Source of the DNA: Candidatus Binatia bacterium
GTDB taxonomy: Bacteria; Chloroflexota; Limnocylindria; Limnocylindrales; CSP1-4
Direction of reading: 5' to 3'
Assembly: GCA_035574535.1 (NCBI GenBank)
Contig: DATLYV010000028.1
Span: 1-46,057, forward strand
Length of the DNA stretch: 46,057 nucleotides
The notes under the pieces are model-generated. The model had not been told where the DNA came from and made no database searches. It saw nothing but the letters and a program-made list of their open reading frames with translations. Shown here piece by piece: positions 8,986 to 17,012 of the stretch; the stretch's first letter is position 1, and each line of letters opens with the position of its first letter. The position numbers and the translations under genes were made by a program.

Positions 8986-10442
8986 GCGCCGCCGGCCGGC
9001 GCCCGATCGACCGGTCGGCACCGCGGCCCGAGCCGCAGCGGATCGGGTCGCGCCTGTCGTTCCGGGCGAGGCTGACGGCCGGCCTCGTCGCGGGGTCCGT
9101 GCTGCCGCTGGCGGCGTTCGGCATCGTCCTGATCGTGATCGAGGAAACCCGGACGGGCGGCCTCGACGCGACCTTCGGCGGGGTCGTGCTGTTCGTGCTC
9201 GCCGCGGCCGTGATCTTGGCCGTGCTGTTCGCGTACATCCTCGCGAGCAGCCTCACCGCACCCCTGCGGGCGGTCTCGCGGGCGGTCGAGCGGACGTCAA
9301 CGGGCGACCTCTCGGTGCGCGTCGAGGTTCCCGGCGACGACGATCTGGCCCGCCTGGTCGAGAGCCACAACCGGCTGGCGGTCGACCTCGAGCGGCGCAA
9401 CGAGGAGCTCGGGCGGATCCTGCTCGCGATCGGCGAGACCTCGCCGCGCGACGGCCTCGATCGACTCCTTGCCCAGGCGACCCGGAGCGCTCGGGAGGCG
9501 TTCGGGATGATCGACGCCCGCATCGTGCTGGGCGACCCGACGATGGTGCCGGTCGAGGAGGACATCCCGGGCGAGCCGCGCCCGGTCCGAGCCGTCCTCG
9601 CCCTGCCCGACGAGCGGCTCGGCGTGCTGGTCGGGCACCTCCCGGCGACGCGGAAATGGGACCCAGCCGACCAGGACCTGCTGGAGCTCTACGCCAGCGA
9701 GGTCGCCGTCGCGATCCGGAACATCGAGCTGTTCGCTCAGGTCGAGCGCCAGGCGCAGCAGCTCATGGAGCTCGACAAGGCCAAGGACGAGTTCCTCCGC
9801 GGCATCAGCCACAACCTCCAGACGCCGCTGACGAGCATCCGGGCGTACGCCGAGCAGATGGGCTCCGAGCGGCCGGACCCGCGCCTCTCGATCATCGTCG
9901 AGCAGTCCGACCGGCTCTACCGGATCGTGCGGCAGCTGATGTCCGCCTCGCGCCTCGAGGCCGGCACGCTGCGGCCCGCGAAGGAGGTGCTCGCGCTCGC
10001 GCCGCGGATCCGCCGGGCGTGGGACGCGCTGGGGGCGACGGAGGTCCCGTTCGAGCTGGTCGACGACGCCGAGGGCTGGCTCGCAATCGCGGACCCGGAC
10101 CAGCTGGACCAGGTGCTCTGGGCGCTGCTCGACAACAGCGCTCGATACGCCGGGGGCGCGGCGATCCGGGTCCGCGTGGCGCCCCGCCCGGACGAGAAGC
10201 TCCTCGCCGTGACGATCGCCGACGAGGGGCCCGGCGTGAAGCCGGAGGACCGCGACCGCATCTTCGAGCGCTACGAGCGCGGTGCCGCGGGCGCGAGCGC
10301 CGAGGGCACGGGCCTGGGGCTGTACGTGTCGCGACAGCTCTGCCGCGCGATGGGCGGCGACCTCGTCCTGGAGCCCGCCGATCCCGATCGGCCGGGGGTT
10401 GCGTTCACCGTCACGCTGCCGGGGGAGCCGCCCGAGGCGTAG
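8982..10442 (+). CDS. Sensor histidine kinase (TM-HAMP-GAF-like-HisKA-HATPase)
   Basis: The GTG start overlaps the response-regulator stop (GTGA). H-box FLRGISHNLQTPLTSI, N-box LLDNSARY, and G-boxes DEGPGV and GTGLGLYV. Confidence 0.9.
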   Translation: MSAAGRRPIDRSAPRPEPQRIGSRLSFRARLTAGLVAGSVLPLAAFGIVLIVIEETRTGGLDATFGGVVLFVLAAAVILAVLFAYILASSLTAPLRAVSRAVERTSTGDLSVRVEVPGDDDLARLVESHNRLAVDLERRNEELGRILLAIGETSPRDGLDRLLAQATRSAREAFGMIDARIVLGDPTMVPVEEDIPGEPRPVRAVLALPDERLGVLVGHLPATRKWDPADQDLLELYASEVAVAIRNIELFAQVERQAQQLMELDKAKDEFLRGISHNLQTPLTSIRAYAEQMGSERPDPRLSIIVEQSDRLYRIVRQLMSASRLEAGTLRPAKEVLALAPRIRRAWDALGATEVPFELVDDAEGWLAIADPDQLDQVLWALLDNSARYAGGAAIRVRVAPRPDEKLLAVTIADEGPGVKPEDRDRIFERYERGAAGASAEGTGLGLYVSRQLCRAMGGDLVLEPADPDRPGVAFTVTLPGEPPEA

Positions 10443-10468
10443 GGCAGAGCCCGGACGCCGGGTCGCGC

Positions 10469-10612
10469 CGCGCGCCCCCCTTGATTGGCGCGCCCCCGCC
10501 TTGACCGACGCGCCCCGCTCGACCTGCTCGACCGCTCTGCCCTCGGCCGGCCCCGGCCCCCCTCGGTCCGCCCCGTCGGCCCGCCCCATCGGCCCGCCCC
10601 ATCGGCCCGCCG
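10469..10612. repeat. Two blocks of short tandem direct repeats: a ~19-20 bp unit GCGCGCCCCC..TTGA..G about 3 times at 10469-10524, and a 13-bp unit TCGGCCCGCCCCA about 3.8 times at 10564-10612
   Basis: Read directly from the sequence. Lies in the ~280-bp non-coding gap between the HK and the Tad-like operon. Confidence 0.6.
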
Positions 10613-10724
10613 GCCTAGCCGGCCTACCCCGGAGGTCCTCCCCGGCCAGTACGACTGGCTGGTGCGGGGTCGAACCAATGGCAAGGTGACGGGAAAGGTG
10701 CCCTGCGGAACCTTTGAGCCGTCG

Positions 10725-11648
10725 ATGAGAACCCGTCCCCAGTCCCGCGCGATCGAGTCTCGCGTGCGCGTCGTCGCGCGCTGGTCGAGCGCGTCCGCGA
10801 CGGCATCGTCCAGCCGCCATGCGAGCCCTTCGGAGGCGCCGACGACGCGCCGGAAGAACCGTGGCCAGAGCCTCGCCGAGTTCGCCCTGACCCTCCCGAT
10901 GCTCCTCCTGATGGTGCTGTTCGGGCTCGACTTCGGGCGGGTCTTCCTTGGCTGGGTCGCGCTCACGAACGCCGCCCGCGAGGCCGCCAACTACGCGGCC
11001 ATGAACCCGGCCGCCTGGACCAGCCCGTTCGACCTCGAGATCCAGGCCGAGTACGAGCGCCTCATCCAGACCGAGGCGTCGAACATCGACTGCACCCTCG
11101 AGTCACCAATCTCCGGACCCTCGTTCCCGGACGGGACCGGGATCGGGGCGCCGGCGAAGGTCGAGCTGTCGTGCGCGTTCGACCTCATCACGCCGTTCAT
11201 CGCGCTCCTCACCGGCAATCCGATCCCCGTCAGTGCCGATTCGGCGTTCCCGATCCGCGCCGGGCTCATCCAGTCCGTGCCGCTCGAGACCCCGACACCG
11301 GCCCCGACCGCCAGCCCGACGCCCGCGGCGACGGGTACCCCCGCCCCGACCGCGGTCGCCACGGTCGGCCCGGGCGCCACCCCGACGCCGACGCCCGGCC
11401 CGTCTGCGACGCCCACGCCCCAACCGACGCCGACGCCCTCGCCGACCCCGGCGACGTGCACCGTGCCGAGCCTCCTGAACCTCCAGACCAACAAGGTCGC
11501 GCAGGCATGGCAAGCCGCCGGGTTCACCGGGACCGTCGTCTACTTCCCGCTCGTGCCGCCGCACTACCGCGTCGCGTGGCAGAGCCTGACCGTCGGTTCG
11601 TCGGTCGTCTGCACGAGCGGGGTGACCGTCCGGAGCACGGTGCCGTGA
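10725..11648 (+). CDS. TadE-like pilus-assembly protein with Pro/Thr-rich linker and C-terminal PASTA-like domain
   Basis: TadE N-terminal signature RGQSLAEFALTLPMLLLMVLFGLDFG. A PT-rich linker follows. The C-terminus CTVPSLLNLQTNKVAQAWQAAGFTGTVV...QSLTVGSSVVCTSGVTV resembles a PASTA repeat. The start is uncertain (ATG 10725 or GTG 10764). Confidence 0.7.
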   Translation: MRTRPQSRAIESRVRVVARWSSASATASSSRHASPSEAPTTRRKNRGQSLAEFALTLPMLLLMVLFGLDFGRVFLGWVALTNAAREAANYAAMNPAAWTSPFDLEIQAEYERLIQTEASNIDCTLESPISGPSFPDGTGIGAPAKVELSCAFDLITPFIALLTGNPIPVSADSAFPIRAGLIQSVPLETPTPAPTASPTPAATGTPAPTAVATVGPGATPTPTPGPSATPTPQPTPTPSPTPATCTVPSLLNLQTNKVAQAWQAAGFTGTVVYFPLVPPHYRVAWQSLTVGSSVVCTSGVTVRSTVP

Positions 11649-12151
11649 GCGCCCTGCGCCCGATCCGCCGCCGGCGCACGACGCCGATCGCTCGCGGCCA
11701 GAGCCTGGTCGAGTTCGCGCTCGTCTTCCCGATCATCGTCCTCGTCGTCGTGGCCTTCGTCGAGGTCGGACGCGCGGTCTTCGCCTGGAACACCATCGCC
11801 AACGCCGCCCGGCAAGGCGCCCGGGTCGCGGCGGTGAACCAGCTCGCCGACGTCACCGAGTGCGACGAATCCCGCCCGATCGAGGACCCCTACGATCCGC
11901 ACTGGTCGTTCAAGGGCTGCGCCCTCGTCGCGGCGAAGACGCTCGGCCTGACCGGGTCGAATGTGAGCGTCGCCTACAGCGCCCCGCCCGGCACCACCGT
12001 CGAGTGCTCCCCGACGTTGCACGTCGGCTGCATCGCGGCGGTCACCGTCACCTACGACTTCGAGGTCTCGACGCCGTTCGTCAACTGGATCATCGGCCCC
12101 TTCACGATGAGCCAGACCTCCGAGATGCCCATCGAAAGGGTCTTCCCATGA
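11645..12151 (+). CDS. TadE-like protein
   Basis: The GTG start overlaps the upstream stop (GTGA). Signature RGQSLVEFALVFPIIVLVVVAFVEVG. Confidence 0.75.
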   Translation: MSALRPIRRRRTTPIARGQSLVEFALVFPIIVLVVVAFVEVGRAVFAWNTIANAARQGARVAAVNQLADVTECDESRPIEDPYDPHWSFKGCALVAAKTLGLTGSNVSVAYSAPPGTTVECSPTLHVGCIAAVTVTYDFEVSTPFVNWIIGPFTMSQTSEMPIERVFP

Positions 12152-13497
12152 GCTCGTCCATCGACCGACCCGCGCACCGCTTCCCGGCCCGCGCAGCCCG
12201 GCCCCGGCGCAGCGACGGCGAGTCGGGCCAGGCCATCGTCGTGATGCTCGGCGCCATCCTGCTGTCGGTCGCCCTCGTCGCGACGATCGTCGACGGCGGG
12301 AACGTCTTCGCCCAGCAGCGAGTGACCCAGAACGGCGTCGACGCGGCGGCCGAGGCCGGGGCCGTGCTGCTCGCCGAGCGCCTCGCGGGCGCGAACGAGC
12401 CCTCGGGCGGCTGGGACATCAACATCGCCGTGCGGATCCTGCAGGTGGCCGAGGCCAACGGGATCACGGTCCAGGCCGCGTACTACACGGACATCTGCGG
12501 CATCCCGCTCAAGGCTGACGGCTCGGCGGCGATCGACACCGACTCGCGCAAGGAGGACCTGGCCGCCGCCCTCCAGGTCGGCAACGGCGCGCACATCCTG
12601 CCCGGCGGCGCGGCGACGGCGCCGGACTGCCCCAACCGGCTCGTCGGTCCGGTGGCGGGCGTCATGGTCGTCGGCGAGAAGGAGATCGCCGCCTACATCG
12701 CGGGCGCCATCGGGATCAACACGTTCCTCATCCGGACCCGCGCGACCGCGGTCGCCGGCTACATCCAGAGTTACTGCGACGCGAGCGAGGGCAAGTACTG
12801 CGCCCTCCTGCCGGTCGCGTTTCCGACCTCGATCATCGTTTGCAACGGCTCGAACAAGCCGCTCGACACCGGCGAGCCGTGGAAGTTCGGGATCGTCTAC
12901 AAGATCCCGCTGTGCCAGGCGAGCCCGGGCAACGTCGGCTACCTCGACTGGGACCCGCCGGCGGGCGGCACGGGCGAGGTCGTCTGCTCGATCCTCACCG
13001 CGGACAATCCGGCCATCGACCTGCCGTCGTGGCAGTACGTCACCGCGACCGGCAACTCGAACGGCGGCGGCGGCAAGTGCGGCATGTCGATCGAGGAGGC
13101 CATCCGGACCTACGACGGCAAGACGGTCCTGGTCCCGCAGTTCGACCTGAGCTGCAACCCGTCGAACGGCTCGTCGCCCGACAGCACGGAGCCCGCGGTG
13201 ATCACGCCGCCGAACTACGGCTGCCCGTCCGGCGCGCTCGGCGGCAACGGCTCGAACCAGTGGTACCGGATGCCGAGCTTCGCGTTCCTCCAGCTGTGCT
13301 CGCCATCGACGGCGGGCTGTGGGGGACTCCATGGTGCGTACATCTCCGGCAACAACAGCGCCATCTGCGACGCGGGCAACGGCGCGACATCCTGCCTCGT
13401 GGCCAGGTTCGTGCACATCATGGCGACGGGCACGGTCGGCGCCGGCGTGGGGTCCGGGACGGGCAACAAGGCCGTCGGGGTGCAGCTCATCAAATAG
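12148..13497 (+). CDS. TadG-like protein (Tad N-terminal domain, large extracellular region)
   Basis: ATGA overlap with the upstream gene. The N-terminus GESGQAIVVMLGAILLSVALVATIVDGGNVF is typical of the TadG-like N-terminal domain. Confidence 0.7.
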   Translation: MSSSIDRPAHRFPARAARPRRSDGESGQAIVVMLGAILLSVALVATIVDGGNVFAQQRVTQNGVDAAAEAGAVLLAERLAGANEPSGGWDINIAVRILQVAEANGITVQAAYYTDICGIPLKADGSAAIDTDSRKEDLAAALQVGNGAHILPGGAATAPDCPNRLVGPVAGVMVVGEKEIAAYIAGAIGINTFLIRTRATAVAGYIQSYCDASEGKYCALLPVAFPTSIIVCNGSNKPLDTGEPWKFGIVYKIPLCQASPGNVGYLDWDPPAGGTGEVVCSILTADNPAIDLPSWQYVTATGNSNGGGGKCGMSIEEAIRTYDGKTVLVPQFDLSCNPSNGSSPDSTEPAVITPPNYGCPSGALGGNGSNQWYRMPSFAFLQLCSPSTAGCGGLHGAYISGNNSAICDAGNGATSCLVARFVHIMATGTVGAGVGSGTGNKAVGVQLIK

Positions 13498-13554
13498 TTG
13501 GGCGGCCCGTCGCGCCACCCGCCGCGACGATCGCGATCGGGTAGCCTTGCCGCC

Positions 13555-14115
13555 GTGCCGACCCGCGAGGACGCCTGGAACCTGCTCTGCGAGTGGACGC
13601 AGACCGACGCGCTGCGCCGCCACGGGCTCGCGGTCGAGGCGGCGGTCGCGTGGTACGGGCAACACAAGTTCGGGATCAGCGGCGACGAGCTCGAGGTCTG
13701 GCGCTCCGCCGGGCTCCTCCACGACTTCGACTACGAGCGCTACCCGGACAGCCACCCCATGCGCGGCGCCGACGAGCTGCGCGCGCGGGGCTACCGCGAG
13801 GACGTGGTCGAGGCGATCCTCGGCCACGGGGACCACACGGGCGTCCCGCGGACGAGCCTCCTCGCCAGGACCGTCTACGCCTGCGACGAGATGACCGGCT
13901 TCGTCATCGCGGTGACCTACGTTCGCCCGAACCGCAGCCTCGACGAGGTCGACGTCCGCTCGGTCACGAAGAAGATGAAGGACAAGGGCTTCGCCCGCCA
14001 GGTGCCGCGCGACCAGCTGACGAAGGGCGCCGAGGAGCTCGGCGTGCCGTTCGACGAGCACGTCATGAACGTGGTCGAGGGCCTCAAGACGATCCGGGGC
14101 GAGCTCGGGCTCTGA
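13555..14115 (+). CDS. HD-domain metal-dependent phosphohydrolase
   Basis: Contains GLLHDFDYE (the HD motif) and AILGHGDHTG. GTG 13555 is preferred over the TTG at 13498. Confidence 0.8.
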   Translation: MPTREDAWNLLCEWTQTDALRRHGLAVEAAVAWYGQHKFGISGDELEVWRSAGLLHDFDYERYPDSHPMRGADELRARGYREDVVEAILGHGDHTGVPRTSLLARTVYACDEMTGFVIAVTYVRPNRSLDEVDVRSVTKKMKDKGFARQVPRDQLTKGAEELGVPFDEHVMNVVEGLKTIRGELGL

Positions 14116-14305
14116 CGCCGGCACGGCGATCGACGGACTGGACCGGCCCGCGGCCCGGTCGGCTCATCCCAGCTCGAAGGTCTCACCCTGAAGACCCGGC
14201 CGACCGGCCAGCGGCGAAAGCTTCTCCACGAGCGACCGCCGGCGAGGAGCAGGACCGTCTGGCAGACGCGTTGCTCCAACCTCGCGTGGGGCGAGAGCCT
14301 CGGGC

Positions 14306-14367
14306 CATCGCCTATAATCCCCGACCCGGGCCGACATAGCTCAGCGGTAGAGCAGCTGTTTTCGTAA
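14306..14367 (+). repeat. attL-like remnant: promoter-like element (TATAAT at 14313-14318) plus the first ~38 nt of tRNA-Thr(CGT), 14330-14367, with a 1-nt T insertion in the anticodon-loop region
   Basis: The 32 nt GCCGACATAGCTCAGCGGTAGAGCAGCTGTTT and the following CGTAA are identical to 19394-19431. Upstream, CATCGCCTATA is also shared with 19371-19381. Confidence 0.8.
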
Positions 14368-14531
14368 GTCTCCCGCGCTTTGCGTAGTGCCACCCCGAGT
14401 GGCGGCTACGCACAAGTCGGCACACTTATCTGCTGAAAGCGCGAGACCCCGACCACCGCAGACGGTCGCTGTGGCCTGGCCCGCTCCCGGGCTACTCCGG
14501 ACACTCGGATGGGTCGGTCGTGATCGCCAAC

Positions 14532-15165
14532 CTAGCGGGTCGTGCCGCCGGCCTGCTCCTCCGCGGCGGCGAGCAAGCGATCTAGCTGCGACCAGTTCGT
14601 TCGTAGATCCTTCGCGTGGTAGCGGCCGACCTCGCCTGAACGCAGGAACCATGCCTCCAACCAAGCGAGCTCACCTCGGGAGATCTCCACGGCAGCTAGC
14701 GTGGCTTTGGCCAGAAGGCTCGCCGAACGCTTGCGCAGCTGAAGGCCCGCTCGATCCACAGGAGGCGGAGTCCAGGCCCGGAGTCATCCTCCGAGGAGTA
14801 GACCGAGCGGCAGGCACAACTGGTGTTCGCGCCACGTGATCACCCCTGTCGGCGACGTGAATGCTGATTCCATGAAGCGGGCGCTTGAGCGTCGGTCAAT
14901 GGCCAGGAACCGCTCGAGCATCGGCTTGAGGTCGCGGCGGCGTTCTGCCTTCCAAGGCCGTCATCTCGCGCCCAGTGATGACTCGATCGAATGCTGCCCA
15001 AAGCGCGGCAGGGGATCGCTCGGCTTCATAGAAGGGTTGCGCGGCGGAGTACACCCAGCCGCGCTGCGGAAAAAAGAACCCCTTGCCTGCCCGAGCTGAG
15101 AGGTCCCGGTCAGGGTTCCGACTCAGGGCAACGATGTCAGCCGCACCGAATGGCCGATCAAGCAT
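14532..15165 (-). pseudogene. Decayed gene downstream of the Ubl/E1/E2-like operon (one apparent frameshift and one in-frame TGA)
   Basis: An 89-aa ORF (15165-14896) starts 1 nt inside the stop of the upstream gene (TGATG). Protein-like reading continues in another frame (AERRRDLKPMLERFLAIDRRSSARFMES...). It is interrupted by a TGA at 14784-14786, then continues in the same frame as the 14532-14759 ORF. No family recognised. Confidence 0.4.
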
Positions 15166-15554
15166 CAGGCGCGATCATCGCTGAAGGCCGCCCGAATTGC
15201 GCTTTCGAGCCGGGCTCCGAGTCGCCGGACGATGCCGCCGTTGCGCGCTGGTCGGCGGCCCGGAAGATCACCCCGCCCGGACCGGTCCCACGCAGCCACG
15301 AAGCGGTCACCCTCGATGAAGTAGTGCGATCGACAGTCGTGGGCGCCATTCCGGATGGATGGGTGGATCGACACAGTCTCGCCGTCGAAGATGAGGTTCC
15401 AACTCCCAGGTGCGAAAGGGGTGACGACCTTGCGCTCGCAGCCGGGGCAGCGGTGGACCGCAGTCGCATACGGGAGACAGACGTAGAGGGTGTCGGCTTC
15501 GATCTCGACAGGGATGACTGGGACGAAGACGTGAGTGAGCTGGCCGCCGATCAA
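15165..15554 (-). CDS. DUF6527-like Zn-ribbon protein with E2-like HPS-x7-C motif (candidate E2-type conjugating enzyme)
   Basis: The TTG start overlaps the E1 stop (TTGA). Contains CPGC...C.SH putative metal ligands. HPSIRNGAHDC has the same spacing as the eukaryotic E2 active site HPNINSNGSIC. The family name is recalled from gene neighbourhoods with ThiF and multiubiquitin genes and was not searched. Confidence 0.65.
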   Translation of the reverse strand: MIGGQLTHVFVPVIPVEIEADTLYVCLPYATAVHRCPGCERKVVTPFAPGSWNLIFDGETVSIHPSIRNGAHDCRSHYFIEGDRFVAAWDRSGRGDLPGRRPARNGGIVRRLGARLESAIRAAFSDDRA

Positions 15555-16726
15555 CCGAGGTCTCCGTTGACGATCTCGTTCTGGTCGATCACGTAGATCG
15601 CGTTGTGCTCATCGACAAGGTCACGATAGAAGCCGAGGTGCCTCTTCCAACGGATCACGGCCAGAGCCGCATTGAGAGCGTTCAGATCGGCGATCTGGAT
15701 GTTGAGCCGATAGTCATTGTCCGGACCCGGATCGGCGAGACTGATGCGGCCACGGTCGGCCATCGGCTGCCTCGGATGGCTCATCGTCACTCGAACGATG
15801 CCGCCCAACGCGTCGCCGTCCTGCGCGACCCCCATCCCGAGGTCAATATATGGGATCCCGGCCTCCTCGAGCCTGCTGATGACCAGCTGCTTGGCGGCAC
15901 CCCGATCGATGGCGACGAAGACGAAATCCGCCCCGAGCAACTCCTCGACCGTTTCGAGGTCGAGGGCGTACGGGTGGGCGATCACGTTCGTGTGCATGGC
16001 CCGGTACTTGGCGGCGAAGTACTCGGCTTTGTTCGGCCCGCCGCGAAGCTCGTTTTTCGACGCCGCCCCGGGCGAGCGGAAGGCATTGTGCTGACGGAAC
16101 CGGTCGCCGTCGTAGACGTCGATCTGTCGGACCGGCGTCTTCGCCACCAGATCCAACACGTACGAGCCGCTCCCGCCGCAGCCCACGATGACGATCCGTG
16201 CCTGGCGGAGCTCGTCCATCAGCGCGGTGATCCTTGCCCTGGTCGCAGAGCTGTCGACGTACTCGAACGGCGAGTCGTCCTCGGGCTCCTCGACGAAATC
16301 GAAGGTCATCGGCGTGGCCCCAGGTTCCAGGACCGCCGCCGGCCCGGAGATCGCGAGCGCGTACCGCGACATCTTCGCGTGGTAGTCGGCGTATCCACCG
16401 GCCGGCTTGCTCGAGAAGGTCCTGTCGACCACCAGATCCTCGGCCAGCGACTGCACCGAGGCGCCGCCGCCAAGACGGAGCGGCTGGCCATCGACATCGC
16501 ATGGGGCGTCGCCTGACCAGAGGACGACGTGGTCGGTCGGCTTCGTCGTCCTGTCCCCATCCAACTCCAGGGCGCTGACGAGTCGGCCCCGCAGCACTTC
16601 GCGCGTCGCGGTGACGTAGGGGATGTGGTCGACGACCAGGTACCCGGTGCGGTGAATGAAGACCTCGTAGCCGTCCTCCCGGAGCCGCTCGAGGTCCGGG
16701 CTACGACTCAGTTGCGTCGTAGACAT
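15551..16726 (-). CDS. ThiF/E1-like adenylyltransferase with ~150-aa N-terminal extra domain
   Basis: Rossmann nucleotide-binding motif IVIVGCGGSGSYVLD followed by YDGDRFRQHNAFR, as in E1/ThiF/MoeB. The N-terminal domain contains H66...PC76 (DHVVLWSGDAPCD). Confidence 0.85.
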   Translation of the reverse strand: MSTTQLSRSPDLERLREDGYEVFIHRTGYLVVDHIPYVTATREVLRGRLVSALELDGDRTTKPTDHVVLWSGDAPCDVDGQPLRLGGGASVQSLAEDLVVDRTFSSKPAGGYADYHAKMSRYALAISGPAAVLEPGATPMTFDFVEEPEDDSPFEYVDSSATRARITALMDELRQARIVIVGCGGSGSYVLDLVAKTPVRQIDVYDGDRFRQHNAFRSPGAASKNELRGGPNKAEYFAAKYRAMHTNVIAHPYALDLETVEELLGADFVFVAIDRGAAKQLVISRLEEAGIPYIDLGMGVAQDGDALGGIVRVTMSHPRQPMADRGRISLADPGPDNDYRLNIQIADLNALNAALAVIRWKRHLGFYRDLVDEHNAIYVIDQNEIVNGDLG

Positions 16727-16985
16727 TGAAGACCATGCCCTTGTGGACCGGGACCTCCTGGCCAGCCACGAGCGTTCCCTTCTGGGAGCTTTCGCCCCGG
16801 GCGTAGGTCACCACGATCACCACGTTGGGCCCGGTCGGCGGGTTCCCGTCGTACGCCAGCTCGACGACCTGCTCGTACGAGAGCTTCTTCTCATGCACCA
16901 CGTGCGGGGTGCCATTGACCACGATCTCGATGCTCGTCTCGTGGGGTCCGTGTCCGGCCGCGGACGCGGCCACTTCCATGGTCAC
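16701..16985 (-). CDS. Small beta-grasp ubiquitin-like protein (multiubiquitin-type domain)
   Basis: 94 aa. IEIVVNGTPHVVHEKKLSYEQVVELAY...TLVAGQEVPVHKGMVFNV matches my recollection of the single-repeat multiubiquitin domain pattern. GAGGAG RBS 9 nt upstream. The 3' end overlaps the E1 start by 26 nt. Confidence 0.65.
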   Translation of the reverse strand: MTMEVAASAAGHGPHETSIEIVVNGTPHVVHEKKLSYEQVVELAYDGNPPTGPNVVIVVTYARGESSQKGTLVAGQEVPVHKGMVFNVYDATES

Positions 16986-17012
16986 TGCTTTCTCCTCTGC
17001 TGGATGGTCTAG

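Noticed and set aside
10564-10612. Possible CRISPR or other interspaced array in the HK/Tad leader
   Set aside because: The units are contiguous (13-bp tandem) with no unique spacers, so this is a microsatellite-like tandem repeat.
12052-14124. 690-aa minus-strand ORF across the TadG-like and HD genes
   Set aside because: Antisense artefact. The plus-strand genes carry Tad N-terminal and HD motifs.
14836-15596. Plus-strand ORFs (87 aa and 201 aa) opposite the DUF6527-like gene and the decayed gene
   Set aside because: They are antisense to the coupled minus-strand operon, have no motifs, and their translations are Arg/Ser-rich.
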